A stretch of DNA of 64,000 nucleotides from Bigelowiella natans CCMP2755. Its lineage: Eukaryota > Protista > Cercozoa. Position numbers and translations under genes: made by a program. A model generated the notes under the pieces. The model was given only the letters and a program-made list of their open reading frames with translations, had not been told where the DNA came from and searched no databases. Each line of letters starts with the position of its first letter. Within the stretch, counting starts at the first letter, position 1. Shown here piece by piece: positions 25,442-37,935 of the stretch. The DNA lies in NCBI GenBank assembly GCA_000320545.1, contig ADNK01000506.1, positions 124,001 through 188,000 on the forward strand, given 5' to 3'.

Positions 25442-28400
25442 ATGTCACAGCAGCTAGAAGAACAGCAGGACTTTGGCTCGCAGGCCGTGCAAGGGCACGA
25501 GCAGAAACAGGAAAGGAAGGGCGATACGGACGCTAAGGAAGGAGGAGGAACACCTCCACAGGCACCGCCGGGACCAGCACCCGGGATTAAGAAAGCAGAT
25601 GCAGCAGCAGAGGCACTGGAGAACTTCTACGAGGCGGACGACGAGGACGTGGCCGCCGAAAGCAAGAAGGTCGTAATGGCATTACGAGCCTTGCGACCCA
25701 GGGCGAGCAACTACGCCAAACTGAAAGTATCGATAGAATACAAGTATCAGACACATGATGTTTGGGCAGCTATCATGCAGGACATCATGGATTACGAAGC
25801 AGACTTACCTCCAGAGTGGGCAGCTTTGTTTAGGAACGACGGGGGTCTGGGCGCCTCGCGGGGGACGACCCAGAGCACCGTCAAGCAGCAGCAGCCGGTA
25901 CAGCGGAACACCCAGTTCATGTCTGTTAAAACAGCACCGGTTATGATAACGAAATACAACGGGAAAAGAGGTGAGGCAAGGAGGTGGTGGAAGAACGCTA
26001 GGAGTATACTCTGCGACTTTACCCCTAACCCCACCGAAAACGACAAGCTCAAATGGCTAGCTATAATAAAGCAAGCCATGGACCTTTACGAGACAGGCAG
26101 GACCCGGATCAGGCAGCTAGAGAAAATACACACTACAGTTAGTGGGCTACGAGACGTTGAGGCGATAATGAAGGCTTTTGTAAATGAACAGGATGCTAAC
26201 TCCCTACCCCAGGCTATTAGAAAATACAGAGCAATGATGCAGCATGAGAGAGAACCTGTTAGAGACTTTGCCACGCGCTTCCAGGATATGATCGACGAAC
26301 TACATGATTTTAATTACAACACAGGTGATGATCAGGCAAGGTTTGAAGAGTTCAAGTTAAAGATAAAGGAATCCACTTACGTTACGGAGAAAGGCTACAC
26401 CACGATGGAGGCAGCAGTGCAGGCTATATCCCTACGCGAGCAGGAGCAGGACCGCAAGTTTACCAGCCCTAAGGTACCTGGCATAGGAAACATTAACGCT
26501 ATTAAGCCGCAGCGAGACTGGTACAAGGACAGGGAAGGTAACCGACGTTGCGGATACTGCTCACGTAAAGGGAAACACACCGCTAAAGACTGCAGAGACA
26601 GGAAAGAAGGACGACCCAGGATGACGATCAGGCAGCTCAACGAACACTACGAGAAGTTAAAGAGAAAGAAAGGCAGAGGACAAGGATATAACAACAGCAA
26701 ATGGCAAGGCAGCAACAACGGGAAGAACAATAAATATAAGAACAAAAAGCAGAACAGTATCAATGCTATACAGCAGCAGATAAACGGAATATTAGATCAC
26801 CTTAAGCAGGCGCCGACGAAGACAGCAGTACCAGCAACGCAGGACCAAGACAAGCCCATGACCCTAGACGACATAAAGAACTTAGGAGTATGCAACATTA
26901 ATGACGAAGACGCTAACAGGACTATCAAAGTTGCTATGACCAAGGTTAAAGTTAAAGACAGCTACGGAGACTACAAGAAACTACCTGCCCTTTGGGATAG
27001 TGGCAGCATGCCGAAGTCCTTCATAAGCCTAAGCACAGTAAGAAGGTTAGGACTATTGGATCAAGTGACTAAGAAAGAACGTAAATATGCTCAAGCAGAC
27101 GGAAGCTCTTCCATGAAGACCGTCGGTGAGCTAATGCTAAAGCTACAGATACCTGGCAGCGACGCGGAGACCCAAATCAAGACCCGAGTAGCCATGACTT
27201 TATCCATGGAACTACTCCTCGGACAGGATGCCCTAGAAAAATTAGGGGGGATCATATCATTCTACAATCACAAGATATACTTTGCTAAGTTGCCAAAGAA
27301 GTCAGGCAGGACCATCAGCCAGAACATGATACGGCTTGACGAGTGGACCTCTGAGTCAAGCGTTAATGCGTTAGAGTTTATGGACCTAGCGGACAACAAG
27401 CTACCTACACCTACCGAGCTACGGAAGAAGAACCCCGGCAAGACCATCCGACAGATAACGGAGCTACTGGACAAGACCCCCCCAGCTGATGATTGGGATA
27501 TCGACAAAGGCAAAAAGTACATTAATAAAATATTAAACGAGAAGTACTCTGACATCACCAAGCCGACGACGAAGCCCTCCAGCAAGCTTACCCCAGTAAA
27601 GATCGAGCTAAAGAAGGGATACGAAGAGTGCATCATCAATGACCCAGAACATAGGCGACCGGAAGCGGACTGGGAAAAGATAGAGTGGCAGATCAATGAA
27701 TGGGCAAAGGAAGGGAAGATAGAGCCAAGCAACTCACCATGGAACGTGAGACATGTGCTAGCTAAGAAACCTACTTACCCTTTCTTCCGCCTGGCGCACA
27801 ACTTCATCCGCCACAACCGAGTAATAAAGAGGATCCAGACACCTACACCAAGGATAGATGACGTTATTGAACACGTCATAGGATACAAATACTACTCTTC
27901 CCTAGATAAAAATGAATCATACATGCAGACACCCATCCACAAAACCTCCCGCCCCATTACCGCGTTCTCCAGCAGGCACAGGAAGTGGCACTTCGTCGTA
28001 TTCCCTTACGGCCTAAGCATATCAGGGGATGCGTTCAGTAGTCAGAACTACAGGGCATACACACATGATGGGATGGCGTCTGTGTTGTGGGTGTTTGTGT
28101 TTGTGTATGTGGATGATGACATAATATGTACCAACACAGTCGTCGCTCAGATCTTCCTCCTGGAAAATATATTTATTAGGTTTGCACACTTCGGTTTTAC
28201 TATAGACTGCAGAAGTGTACATTCCTAGCTACAAGAATCAAGTGGTGTGGATATTACCTGGAGCAAGGCCGCATCACCCCAAACCCCGAGAAAGTAGCAG
28301 CACTACAGCAAGCCCCTAAACCTAAGAATGCAAAGGAGTTAAAGTCATTCTTGCAGACTGCAGCTTGGATACTACGTAGGTTCTCCCCTACCTACGCTAG

Positions 28401-30414
28401 GACTGCAGCTGCTTTTACTACTGCTTACCGGAAGGAGAACTCTGTAGGCCTCAGCTTCGCTAAGGTGTGGGCCAAGGCTGGCCTTGATGCCCACTTCGAT
28501 AACCTAATAAAGTTATGCAGCAACACCCTATTGAATGCTAAGCTAGACACTACTAGACCAGCTACCCTATGGACAGACTGGTCTAAGCTAGGTATGGCTG
28601 CTGTACTTACCCAAGACCAGCAGATCATACGGGTGTGGGGCAGGGCCTGCACAGCAGCTGAGGCCAAGTACAGCCCTACAAAAGGAGAGTATAAAGCCAT
28701 GACTGAGGCGCAGAGGAAACTAAGATACTACCTGCTGTCGGTGCCCAGCTTCACCTTAATGACTGACCACAAGCCCCTCCTAGGCATCGACCGCAAGCTC
28801 GAAGCGCCTAACGATGAGTATGCAGCTATGAGGGCGGACACGGAAGAGTTTAGGGACAAGAGGACAGTGGTCTACGCACCAGGAGACAAGCAGCTTGCTG
28901 ACTATTTCAGCAGGCTGTTCGAAAGGAAAGTCCCTACCCAGGTCACCCCTATGGTTAACGCGATTACCTTCGAGGACGGCGACTTCCTGCCTGAGCCAGA
29001 GGAGCTCCAGCACCTTCAAGAACACCTGGATAAATACAAACACAAGCATGAGGTACTTAGTGATAGGATATATGTATACACTAATAATGTTAGGCGTACC
29101 TACGTGCCACGGCGGACCAGGGGAGCCCTTCTCTTTACCGCCCATGGACCTGCACACGTAGGAGAAAACCATATCACTGCTCTACTCTACCATTACTACT
29201 GGCCCTACAAGCTAAAAGAGATAAGGACATACCTGCGTGGCTGCAGGTGCTCCAGCTTGAAGGCGGCAGGCGTCGCCACCAAGGAGTCCAGCAAGAGCCG
29301 TGCATCTAAGAAAATCAAAGCAAGGAACTTCTTAGATATCGTGCAAATTGATGTTTATAAGTACGATGGCTATCACTACCTTACCTTCGTTGATGTGGCC
29401 ACTGGAAAGTGCTGGGTTAAAAAGATTATCAAGGTCAACGTTGCTAAGAAGAACAAAGGCTTATATAAGCAGAGGCTTACTAACTGCTACCGTACCTGGG
29501 AGTCTGAGCTCCAGGCTATCCCTGATGAAGTTAGCATAAACAAGATACCAAAGAAGTTACATGTGGATAATGAGACCTCTCTTCTACAGCTACCACACCC
29601 TAATATTGATGCCTCACCTGTATACTATGCCCAGTCCAACTCCAAGGTAGAGCGACTCCACCGCACCTTGGCCAACCTAAGCAGGATAAATAGCACCACA
29701 CCAGACAAGATACAAGGGTTAGTAAACGACACCTTCACGTCTGGGGGAGGTATCAAGGATAAGGAGAGGGAAGAAGGCGACGACAACGACGACGATACCG
29801 AGAGCGAAGACGAGAAGGTCCCGTACGATGGCCGAGTTCTAAAGGAAGGACAGTATGTTAGGGCCAAGGTAAATCTGAGATCGAGAAATAAACAAGACCC
29901 CTTCTGGGGTGGCGTTGCAAAGGTTACCGAGAGGAAGGGGAGGAAGCAGTACTACATCTATGATGGGAACAGGGTCACCTTGCGCCACATCAGTCACCTA
30001 AAGAATTATGATATCGGTGAGAAGCTCCTAGAGGATGTTAAAGTAAACCCTACTGTGTGGGAGCGAGCAATGCCTTGTTTAGGACCCCGACCTAAGTTCG
30101 ATGTGGAATATGGAAACAATAAGGTCAGGGTGAACGACGATTGGCGCATGAAGATTGTCTATCTAGGCTACCCTGGATTACGAAATATGGAGAGGGTAGC
30201 TATGAAAATAAAGGACGGAAAATATCAGCTACTCTACCTAGCTGTTCCCGACTTACCCTTTGAGCACTGGTATAAGGTCCTGGGGGACCTTGATGCAGAG
30301 GGCTGGTATGGACACGAACCTAAGGACGAAGGTGAGTTCTGGGTAAGCGACAAAGGAGATAAGGTTAGAGAGGAATCTATTACCTGGTGGTTGGTGAAGT
30401 TCCGAAAGCGATGA
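25442..30414 (+). pseudogene. gag-pol polyprotein of copy 1, broken by a 1-bp deletion at ~28203
   Basis: ttttactat-agactg versus ttttaccattagactg in copy 2; this splits the ORF into 25442-28228 and 28351-30414. Confidence 0.85.
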
Positions 30415-30465
30415 AGGTCTAAGGGAATAAGGAAGGAAGGAAGGAGCAACGTGACTTGGGGGAGG

Positions 30466-30791
30466 TGTAGCGCGTACCACTACGCGGGCACAAGTCACGT
30501 GCGACAACAAAGGGGTTGTCGCGGATATAGAATATAGATAACGTAGATATTAATACAGCATAGGCACGTGGGTTCCGGCGGGACTCATGGCAGCACACCG
30601 GAAGTGTGCTGCCCCACGTGCGGCGGCATTCGCGAAAGCTTCGCGAATGATTACGCAGTGCACGATTTAATAAAAATATAATCTTTAATAAAAATAAACA
30701 CAACTCTTCAAAAGGAAGCAAACGTGCCTTTCCCCCCCCCTGCCTACTTGTGCACGTAGCGCCTCGGCCTGTGAACACCTTACGCGCAACA
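30466..30791 (+). repeat. 3' LTR of copy 1, preceded by polypurine tract
   Basis: TGGGGGAGG immediately before tgtag; followed by TSD TGTG. Confidence 0.97.
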
Positions 30792-31320
30792 TGTGTGCAA
30801 TGCCGGTATCGATCATCATCACAATGCTGTTTCTTGAACGAATAGTGCGCTGCTATCATTCTTTACAGGACGAGAAACAATGCGATGTCCGAACACGGAG
30901 GACAATCGATAAAGTTGAAGAATCCTTCCCCCCCTCTCCTCTCCTCTTTCTTTCTCTCTCCAGGTTCTACCGACGTGCTTGCATATTCGGAACGCATGGG
31001 TGTCGTTCGTCGTTTCACACACGCGACACATGCCGTTTAGGGAACGCGACAAGACAGCGTGATGTTTCATGGATAAAATTTGTTCTTACGACATGGAACG
31101 AACGTTGTCTTTCAGTGAAAATTCGATGCGATTCTCTTGTCTGCTTTGGTTGTGATGATGACGAGGACAAAAAGATCAACGATTACTAACTGTCCCCACC
31201 CCCCAATCGATACGAAATCCTTGCATGCGTCATCCTGGCGCACAGAAAGCCCAGCCAAAGACCAACGCACCACATGTGCAATGATATTCTTCAAGGGCTA
31301 GTCCACATCGTGGCGATTTG

Positions 31321-31723
31321 ATGAATAGAGTTGTGCTTATTACCGCTGCCATCGCAGCCTTTCTTGTTTTCAGTGCAAACTTGATCACGTGGGAATTTCC
31401 CAACAACAGGATATATACAAGCAATGGAGAAGCAGCCCTCATGCCCGTTCACCAGGAAGCCGATGAGACAATACGCATTGATGTCCACCAAGAGGTTGCT
31501 CGTCCAACCACCACCACCAAAGTACGATTTGCGATCGTCACGCCTACTTACCAGGGACACTTCGAGCAAAATGTTCGATTCTTACTTACCCTGTTGAAAA
31601 ACTGCATTGACTGTGAGGATCTTCTGGTATTCGAACATGTTGCACATGCGCATGACAGCGTATGGTTAAATCAGTGTATCTTCTGTGTCTTTACGCCTTT
31701 TCGCGCGCTCCCCACACCCTCCA

Positions 31724-31769
<46 letters not shown>

Positions 31770-32224
31770 CCTCCCTCTCCCTCTCCCTCTCTCTTTCTCC
31801 AACCCCCCCTCCTTTCTATCTCTTCCTCTTGGTATGTTGATCTTACCCCCTACGCATCACTTAACAACAGATACAGTTTGTACTGAGCTATAAGGAGGAC
31901 AGTCCAGCGTTATTCAAACTGCTAACGACTCATCCTGGCTTAAGACGGAACGTTGATGTGACATTGCATTCCTCCTTTGGAGCTACACCTGAAAGATACA
32001 CCCCTTCCACTTCTGCTGCTACACGTCAGGAGGGGGAAAACGATAATGCCATCACAAAGATGTTACATATATCCGTTTTACCTTTGCGAACCGCCTACGA
32101 GTACATGCAAGTGCCTGTGAATGGGGTATGAAGAAGATGATAATGACTTACATTCCTCTTACTCTTCCGAGTAATGCACTTACTCTCTCTTTCACACACA
32201 CACACACACATATATAAATATATA

Positions 32225-32265
<41 letters not shown>

Positions 32266-34951
32266 TCTCTAAATATTCTCTATAAATTATTCATGACTGG
32301 AATACTCAGACTTTGCTGCGCACATGGCGAAATAAGAAGTGGTTCGGGAAATACACCCATCTAAGCATCAAGAAAGTGAGTTGGCATTAAAACGAATTGT
32401 TCTCCATTCCCTCCCCCCCGCTAATTACTCCTGTCACTACTACTAGTACGCTGGAGCATATTATGCATTTGGAAAGCAAGGAATTGATGTCGTCTGGTGG
32501 CTTGATTCAGAAGGTGAGAAGACAACCATTAACAAAGCAACAGAGGTTGGAATAGCAATGTGTTCTTCCAACGCGTAACTGACCTGTGTATAATCATTAA
32601 CTACAGTGGAAATTCGCATTAATGATTGTGGGGATGGATCACCACAATTGAAACGTTTTAATATTTTTCTCATCGACAGATTTTATTACATGCTGCAGTT
32701 TAGAATACACCTGTAGATTCATTATCCGTGTAAATATTTGATATAGCCTATCTCTGGAAATCCGACTGGAACCTAGTTGAAATGCTTGCAAAGTATGTAA
32801 CAAGTGAATCATTCAATTTAATCTTCAAATTTCGACTAATGTATAACAACACGCCAGCACTTTTTATGTACATTGCGCAGATCAGCATCATGCTTTTCAA
32901 GTTTTTGTCTTTGTTTCTTATCGAGTACTATAAACATGCCAGGGAATGGCAGCGGCCACGGTTGTATTGGTCGGCTGAAAGCCACTATAAGCGCAACTCC
33001 GAAGTCCATCAACTGTGCCCCAGAAATGGAACGGTTTTTCCCTTTTCTGATCCAAGATTCCACCATATCATGTCTTTATCACCTCCAATCATTATCTTTG
33101 ATACTCTCGTTATTATCGTCACTTGCATGATGCAAGCATAGAGTGTTTTCTTCGCGTGTGACGTCACGAATCGTATGGGAAGTACATTAATATGTTAATG
33201 AAATAAATCAATGTGTAAATGTGTGTTTTCTAGCTTCCAGCTCATTTGGCCTTTGAAGGAAAAAGACCACACCTCTTCTCCTCATCGTTTTACCTCGTTG
33301 GCAAACGAATATTCAATCAGGTAGGGAAGGTGAATGCATTGATTGAGGTTGCTCTCGTAGATTGCCAAGATGGTGGCATGCATGATAACGTAAAACGCAT
33401 TATTGTGCGTCGCACGACTATAATATGAACTTTCTTGGTCGCCATAGAGTGTAGCATACAGCACGAATCATGAAAGTAAAGAAAACCATTTACACAGTGG
33501 ACTGAGTACGTGGAGCAAACATGGAAACGCCGTTTTGCCGACATCTTTATAGCGGTGAAATCAATTGCAAGGATGCGAACTAATCTTTAATCGTGATTGT
33601 AATAACATGTTGGATAACAAGTTCTTTCTTTCTCCCCCTCCCTTGCATGTATATGTGAATCGCGTGTGTTGAACTATTCCGATTTGAAGATAATTCTAGC
33701 ATGTTTCTTTTTATCAGCTTGGCCAGCGTGAATCTGGATACATCCTGCACATTATAGAGACCCAATTGGTAGTACACTGACTCCCTCCATAACAACCACA
33801 AACTTTTGTAAGAATTCCTCCTTGAACGACAACGAAAAAAAAAAGTGAGAAATTCCACTTCTGCACCGCTGCTCTCGTTTATTTCCTTTCCAAAGATCCT
33901 CACTTAATTTGTTGGTGTCATTATTTTCGATACATTCTTTCTTGTTCATTGACGTGCTTTTAACGTTCCGCTCGTCCCTTCCCCATTCTTCTTTCTTTCT
34001 TTCTTTCCTCTTCGATAGATAGCTTACGTTGGTGGCTGCCAAAATCTCAATCCTGTGCCGGAATCCTGCAAAAAATATGAGGTGAGGCCTGGGGCTAGCG
34101 GATATGGGAGCATGTAAAGAGAGGTTAAAGCATCGATGTTTTCGTTTTCAACATAGTCCATCACGCCGCATCTGTGAGTGCATGCGTGCGTGCTTATGTA
34201 TCATCTACAAGTTGTAATAACCCTGTGACGTGATATCAACGTAGTTAATTGAGGTGAATAGCGCCATCCGTATGCTTATGAGGCCCGAGAAGGAATACTT
34301 TGCTTACCTCAAAGAAATGAAATATCAGGTCAGCGTTCACTGTTACAAGGAAATGGGAAGGTGGGAGAGGGGGGGTGGGGGGGGGTGAATGAGAAAGGAT
34401 TTAACGCACATGCCACACACTGCTACTGCTGCTGCTGCTGGAGGCCAATTATCATGCCATAGTGGCTAGAGGATAGTAGTTGTAATAATGCGGTGTGTGC
34501 TCATCGTCCTTATTGTTGTTTTTGCATTCTCTTCATACGCTACTTTCAGGGCCAATTCGAGCATATGTTCCGACTTTTTCTAGATGAGAGGTTGGAAGTT
34601 GCAGATGTGTATAATCAGGGCTTTAAAATGTATGAGAATACGCACAACTACATTGATAAAATATATAGTAGATAACCATTGCTGCTGTCTTATTGAACGA
34701 TGCTCAGGTTTCAAGAGAGCATTAAGCGATTAGTGCGCTTTTTTGATTTGCCATCCTTTCGGATTGACCACCAGTACGGTGGGTGTGAGCTTTACAAGGT
34801 GTTGAAAGAACACTACGACATGCGTATTTACTTGTGTTTGTGTGTCTCCTGTGATATAACGATAGCTGTTAGAATTGATCAATCAAAGTCTTATTCAAGT
34901 GTATTTTACGATAAAATGACGGAGAATTTAGTCGGAAAAAAGAAGTGGTGA
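31321..34951 (+). CDS. Type II membrane protein, glycosyltransferase-like (many exons)
   Basis: N-terminal TM VVLITAAIAAFLVFSA; FAIVTPTYQGHF (GT-A-like first strand); VVWWLDSE (DxD-like); GT-AG exons through ...KKKW*. Confidence 0.5.
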
Positions 34952-36294
34952 TGTTTGATTCTAATTCTAATATGAAGGCGGTTTTGGGAAGCATAGTTTC
35001 TGGGGAGTTCATGGCAACTGGCATGGCGATGCAGGTGGGATTGTAGTTCATCGTCAAATCGTTGAGGCAATAACGAAGGGCAGGAAAAATAGATGTAGAG
35101 ATTGGAGGGACAGCGAGAACAAAGGAATGAGTTAAAATGTTGTCGTTTTTCGTAGATGTTGACGTATCCATATTTTCACGCCAATAATCAGACAAATAGC
35201 GATGAATCTGTGGCTCGCCTCGTGAGAGATGTAACTTTGACTTCCTAATATCCTACCGATATAAATAATGCCTTCATTAATTATGAAATGCATTACCCAT
35301 CCATCTGATTTATTTTACATTTTAAATTTTTGTGACAGCCTCTATGCTTCTCACAACTTCCGATAGTCTGTGGCACAGGCGTGTGGAACGAAACTTGTCA
35401 TCTAAAAATGAGAGCACGTTGAACGATTTTACGTTCTTCATTTCATGAGAGAAGTGGAAATTTTGAAAAAATTGTGCATACAACATGCAGGTGCGAAGCG
35501 CAAGGCATGCATCGTTTCGATTACTTGATCAGATGCCATTATGTTCCTTCTCTGCTCTATCTCTCTCCCCCCCACACCCCTACATGTCTGCAAATCAATT
35601 GTATACATCTATACATAATACCGACGCTTTGCAGAGCTGAGCAATGAGCCCAAATAATGAACAAACCAGATAGATGCGCCACCGTGAGTTGCTGTGCTCG
35701 CGCCTGCTGTAGTGTGTGCTACCTTGTCGCGTCTACTAGCGTGCGAGACGCCAGACGAGCTAGCTGTGCAAATGACTGTGCTCAGCGCTAGCATTGCCCC
35801 AGGGCTGTACAACTATGAACTCTTAAATGCGTAGAAGGGGGCGCCAGCATGCAACGACCGCAGCGTATAGAGCACACTACTGCATAACAGAGACATTATA
35901 GATCTCTTACGTACGACTTCATATGCCAGGATGCCAGGCAAGAGTGCAGCGCAAGGCAAAGATGGCGTGGATGGCTCATGGCCGCAAGTGATATTTAGGA
36001 TAGGTAAAGCATGCATACGCACACGATCGCCGCTTATACGCTCAATCCAGCAGCTCATCCAACGATAGGTTGCGTGAGTAAGCAGCAGGAGCAACTGCTC
36101 GTCACTGGGTACTAGCGCTATTTCTTTTCCAAATGTACGAAACAATAAGTTCAATGCAGACCAATAAGTAGTACATCAATGAGATGAACCTCTCACCGAC
36201 GCACATTCCTCTACCACATTTCCTTCTCTCTCGCTTCGTTGCTTACAAGTTTCTGCATGCTGTGCTACAGTGTGGCTAGCATTCATCGTACTGT

Positions 36295-37935
36295 CTAGAA
36301 AAAGTTCCAATCCTCATCAACGAGCGGTGCATTATCAGCTACCTCCTCATCAGGGTCTCTTTTCACATTCCATCCTCTTGGCAAAGCCAACTGATAGGTT
36401 CCCTGGGCCCAATCTATGCTCAAAGCAGGAGTTGGTTTTAGGCTCTTTAAATGATCGTGCTTGTGCCACCAAAAGTTTACATCTGGGAAGTATTCTTCCT
36501 CCTCCTCCTCTTCATCGAGCTCTTCCTCAGGCTCTGGGTAAGATACCAACCTTTCCTGATACTTCTTCAGGTGTCCTTTGCTGACCGTGATGAAGTACGC
36601 ATCGTTCGGTTGATCTACTTCGATGGCAGGCCGATACATGTACGAGGAGAAAATTGTAAGAACTTTATTGTTGTGCGATTTCCTCACGTGATCCACCTCC
36701 TCATGGCCTCTCACGATGTAAACCAGCTTGTACCCAGTACTTTCCTCCACCGCTTTAATCCATCGAGTCGTTGCGTCGTGGGTGTAGAAATAGCACTGCA
36801 ACCGCGGCCAGTTGTATCCATATCCCTGATCATCGAGTCTGTAGAATTTGTTCTCCAAGGTCGTGATGGCATCGTACGCAAAGAAGCCACGCTTGACATT
36901 GTCCCCCCCTTGCTGGTCATGATGCTCAGATGGACTTTCGTCCCATGGATCATTCCAGATCATTTCCGCAATGATGCTTTCTTTTGTAGCGTGGAATTCC
37001 CTGTCTGCCTTCTCTGTTTCTCTTTTAGCCTGTGCAATTTCGCTCTCGGTCGTGGAATTCCTTATCTTTATTGGTTTGAGCATTCCATGTACAACAGAGG
37101 AAATGTCCAAGACCTTACGATTCTCCTTATTGATCGTATCGATGGTAGAAGGCCTGTGAGGGATTCCGCCGTGCGCAGCGAATATACATTCTTTCTTTTT
37201 GGTATCTTTGATGAGAGCACCGACTGGAAGATATTTAAATGCGTCTCTCATCTCACGAAGGACTGTCTTGTAGTCCGACCCGTACTTGAACAAAGCCTCC
37301 CACTTCAGCGAATATTTGTCGTTAATGCTCATGAGCTCATGATTTCCTCTCAGCATAAAGAATTTTTCCTTCAATACGGCTTTATATGCAAGGAGTATCA
37401 AAGAAACTTCGATGCTGTAGTCCCCACGATCGACATAGTCTCCAAGGAACAGGTAAGGATTATCTTCAGATGGATAACCTGCGTCCTCGAATATCGCCCA
37501 TAGCATACCACGTCGCCCATGAATGTCACCAACGATGTGCACCTGTTCATCTGCCTCTGCGAGATCGAATTCGACGACGTTAGCCTCTGTCTCAAGCACC
37601 TCGCCTGCAGATTTGCATATTTTCTTGACGTCTTCAAGGGGGATTTTATGGGAACCCCACTTTCTAATTGATGCTCCTGCCGTGTAAGCTTCAGAAAATA
37701 CAAACTTGGCTAGTTTGGTGGCGTATGCCAACGTTGGTTGCCCTCCATGTATGCGGGGCATTGTTCCAACAGTGCTTATCTCTCGCAGCAAAGATGGCGT
37801 TTCGCTTCTATTGTTTCCTTGGGAAGCTATGGATAACGAGGAGACCCTTTGGCTTGTCTTAACAACCACCGCATTGCTGCTAGAAAGGATGAATAGGGAG
37901 AGGGCAAGATGACAAGAAAGCCCCACTGGCACCAT
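36295..37935 (-). CDS. Intronless PPP-family Ser/Thr phosphatase with N-terminal signal peptide and acidic C-terminal tail
   Basis: GDIHG, GDYVDRG, LRGNHE, HGG, WNDP and RGHE motifs; leader MVPVGLSCHLALSLFILSSSNA. Confidence 0.92.
   Translation of the reverse strand: MVPVGLSCHLALSLFILSSSNAVVVKTSQRVSSLSIASQGNNRSETPSLLREISTVGTMPRIHGGQPTLAYATKLAKFVFSEAYTAGASIRKWGSHKIPLEDVKKICKSAGEVLETEANVVEFDLAEADEQVHIVGDIHGRRGMLWAIFEDAGYPSEDNPYLFLGDYVDRGDYSIEVSLILLAYKAVLKEKFFMLRGNHELMSINDKYSLKWEALFKYGSDYKTVLREMRDAFKYLPVGALIKDTKKKECIFAAHGGIPHRPSTIDTINKENRKVLDISSVVHGMLKPIKIRNSTTESEIAQAKRETEKADREFHATKESIIAEMIWNDPWDESPSEHHDQQGGDNVKRGFFAYDAITTLENKFYRLDDQGYGYNWPRLQCYFYTHDATTRWIKAVEESTGYKLVYIVRGHEEVDHVRKSHNNKVLTIFSSYMYRPAIEVDQPNDAYFITVSKGHLKKYQERLVSYPEPEEELDEEEEEEEYFPDVNFWWHKHDHLKSLKPTPALSIDWAQGTYQLALPRGWNVKRDPDEEVADNAPLVDEDWNFF

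Larger units (their letters stand above)
25077..30791 (+). mobile_element. Full-length Ty3/gypsy-type LTR retrotransposon, copy 1 (gag-pol frameshifted)
   Basis: 326-bp TG...CA LTRs at 25077-25402 and 30466-30791; 4-bp TSD TGTG; PBS at 25408; PPT before the 3' LTR; domain order PR-RT-RH-IN. Confidence 0.97.

Noticed and set aside
28195-28230. Programmed ribosomal frameshift in copy 1
   Set aside because: It falls inside RT rather than at the gag-pol junction, and copy 2 is continuous there.
36451-37503. 350-aa antisense ORF
   Set aside because: Shadow of the PPP phosphatase; no motifs of its own.
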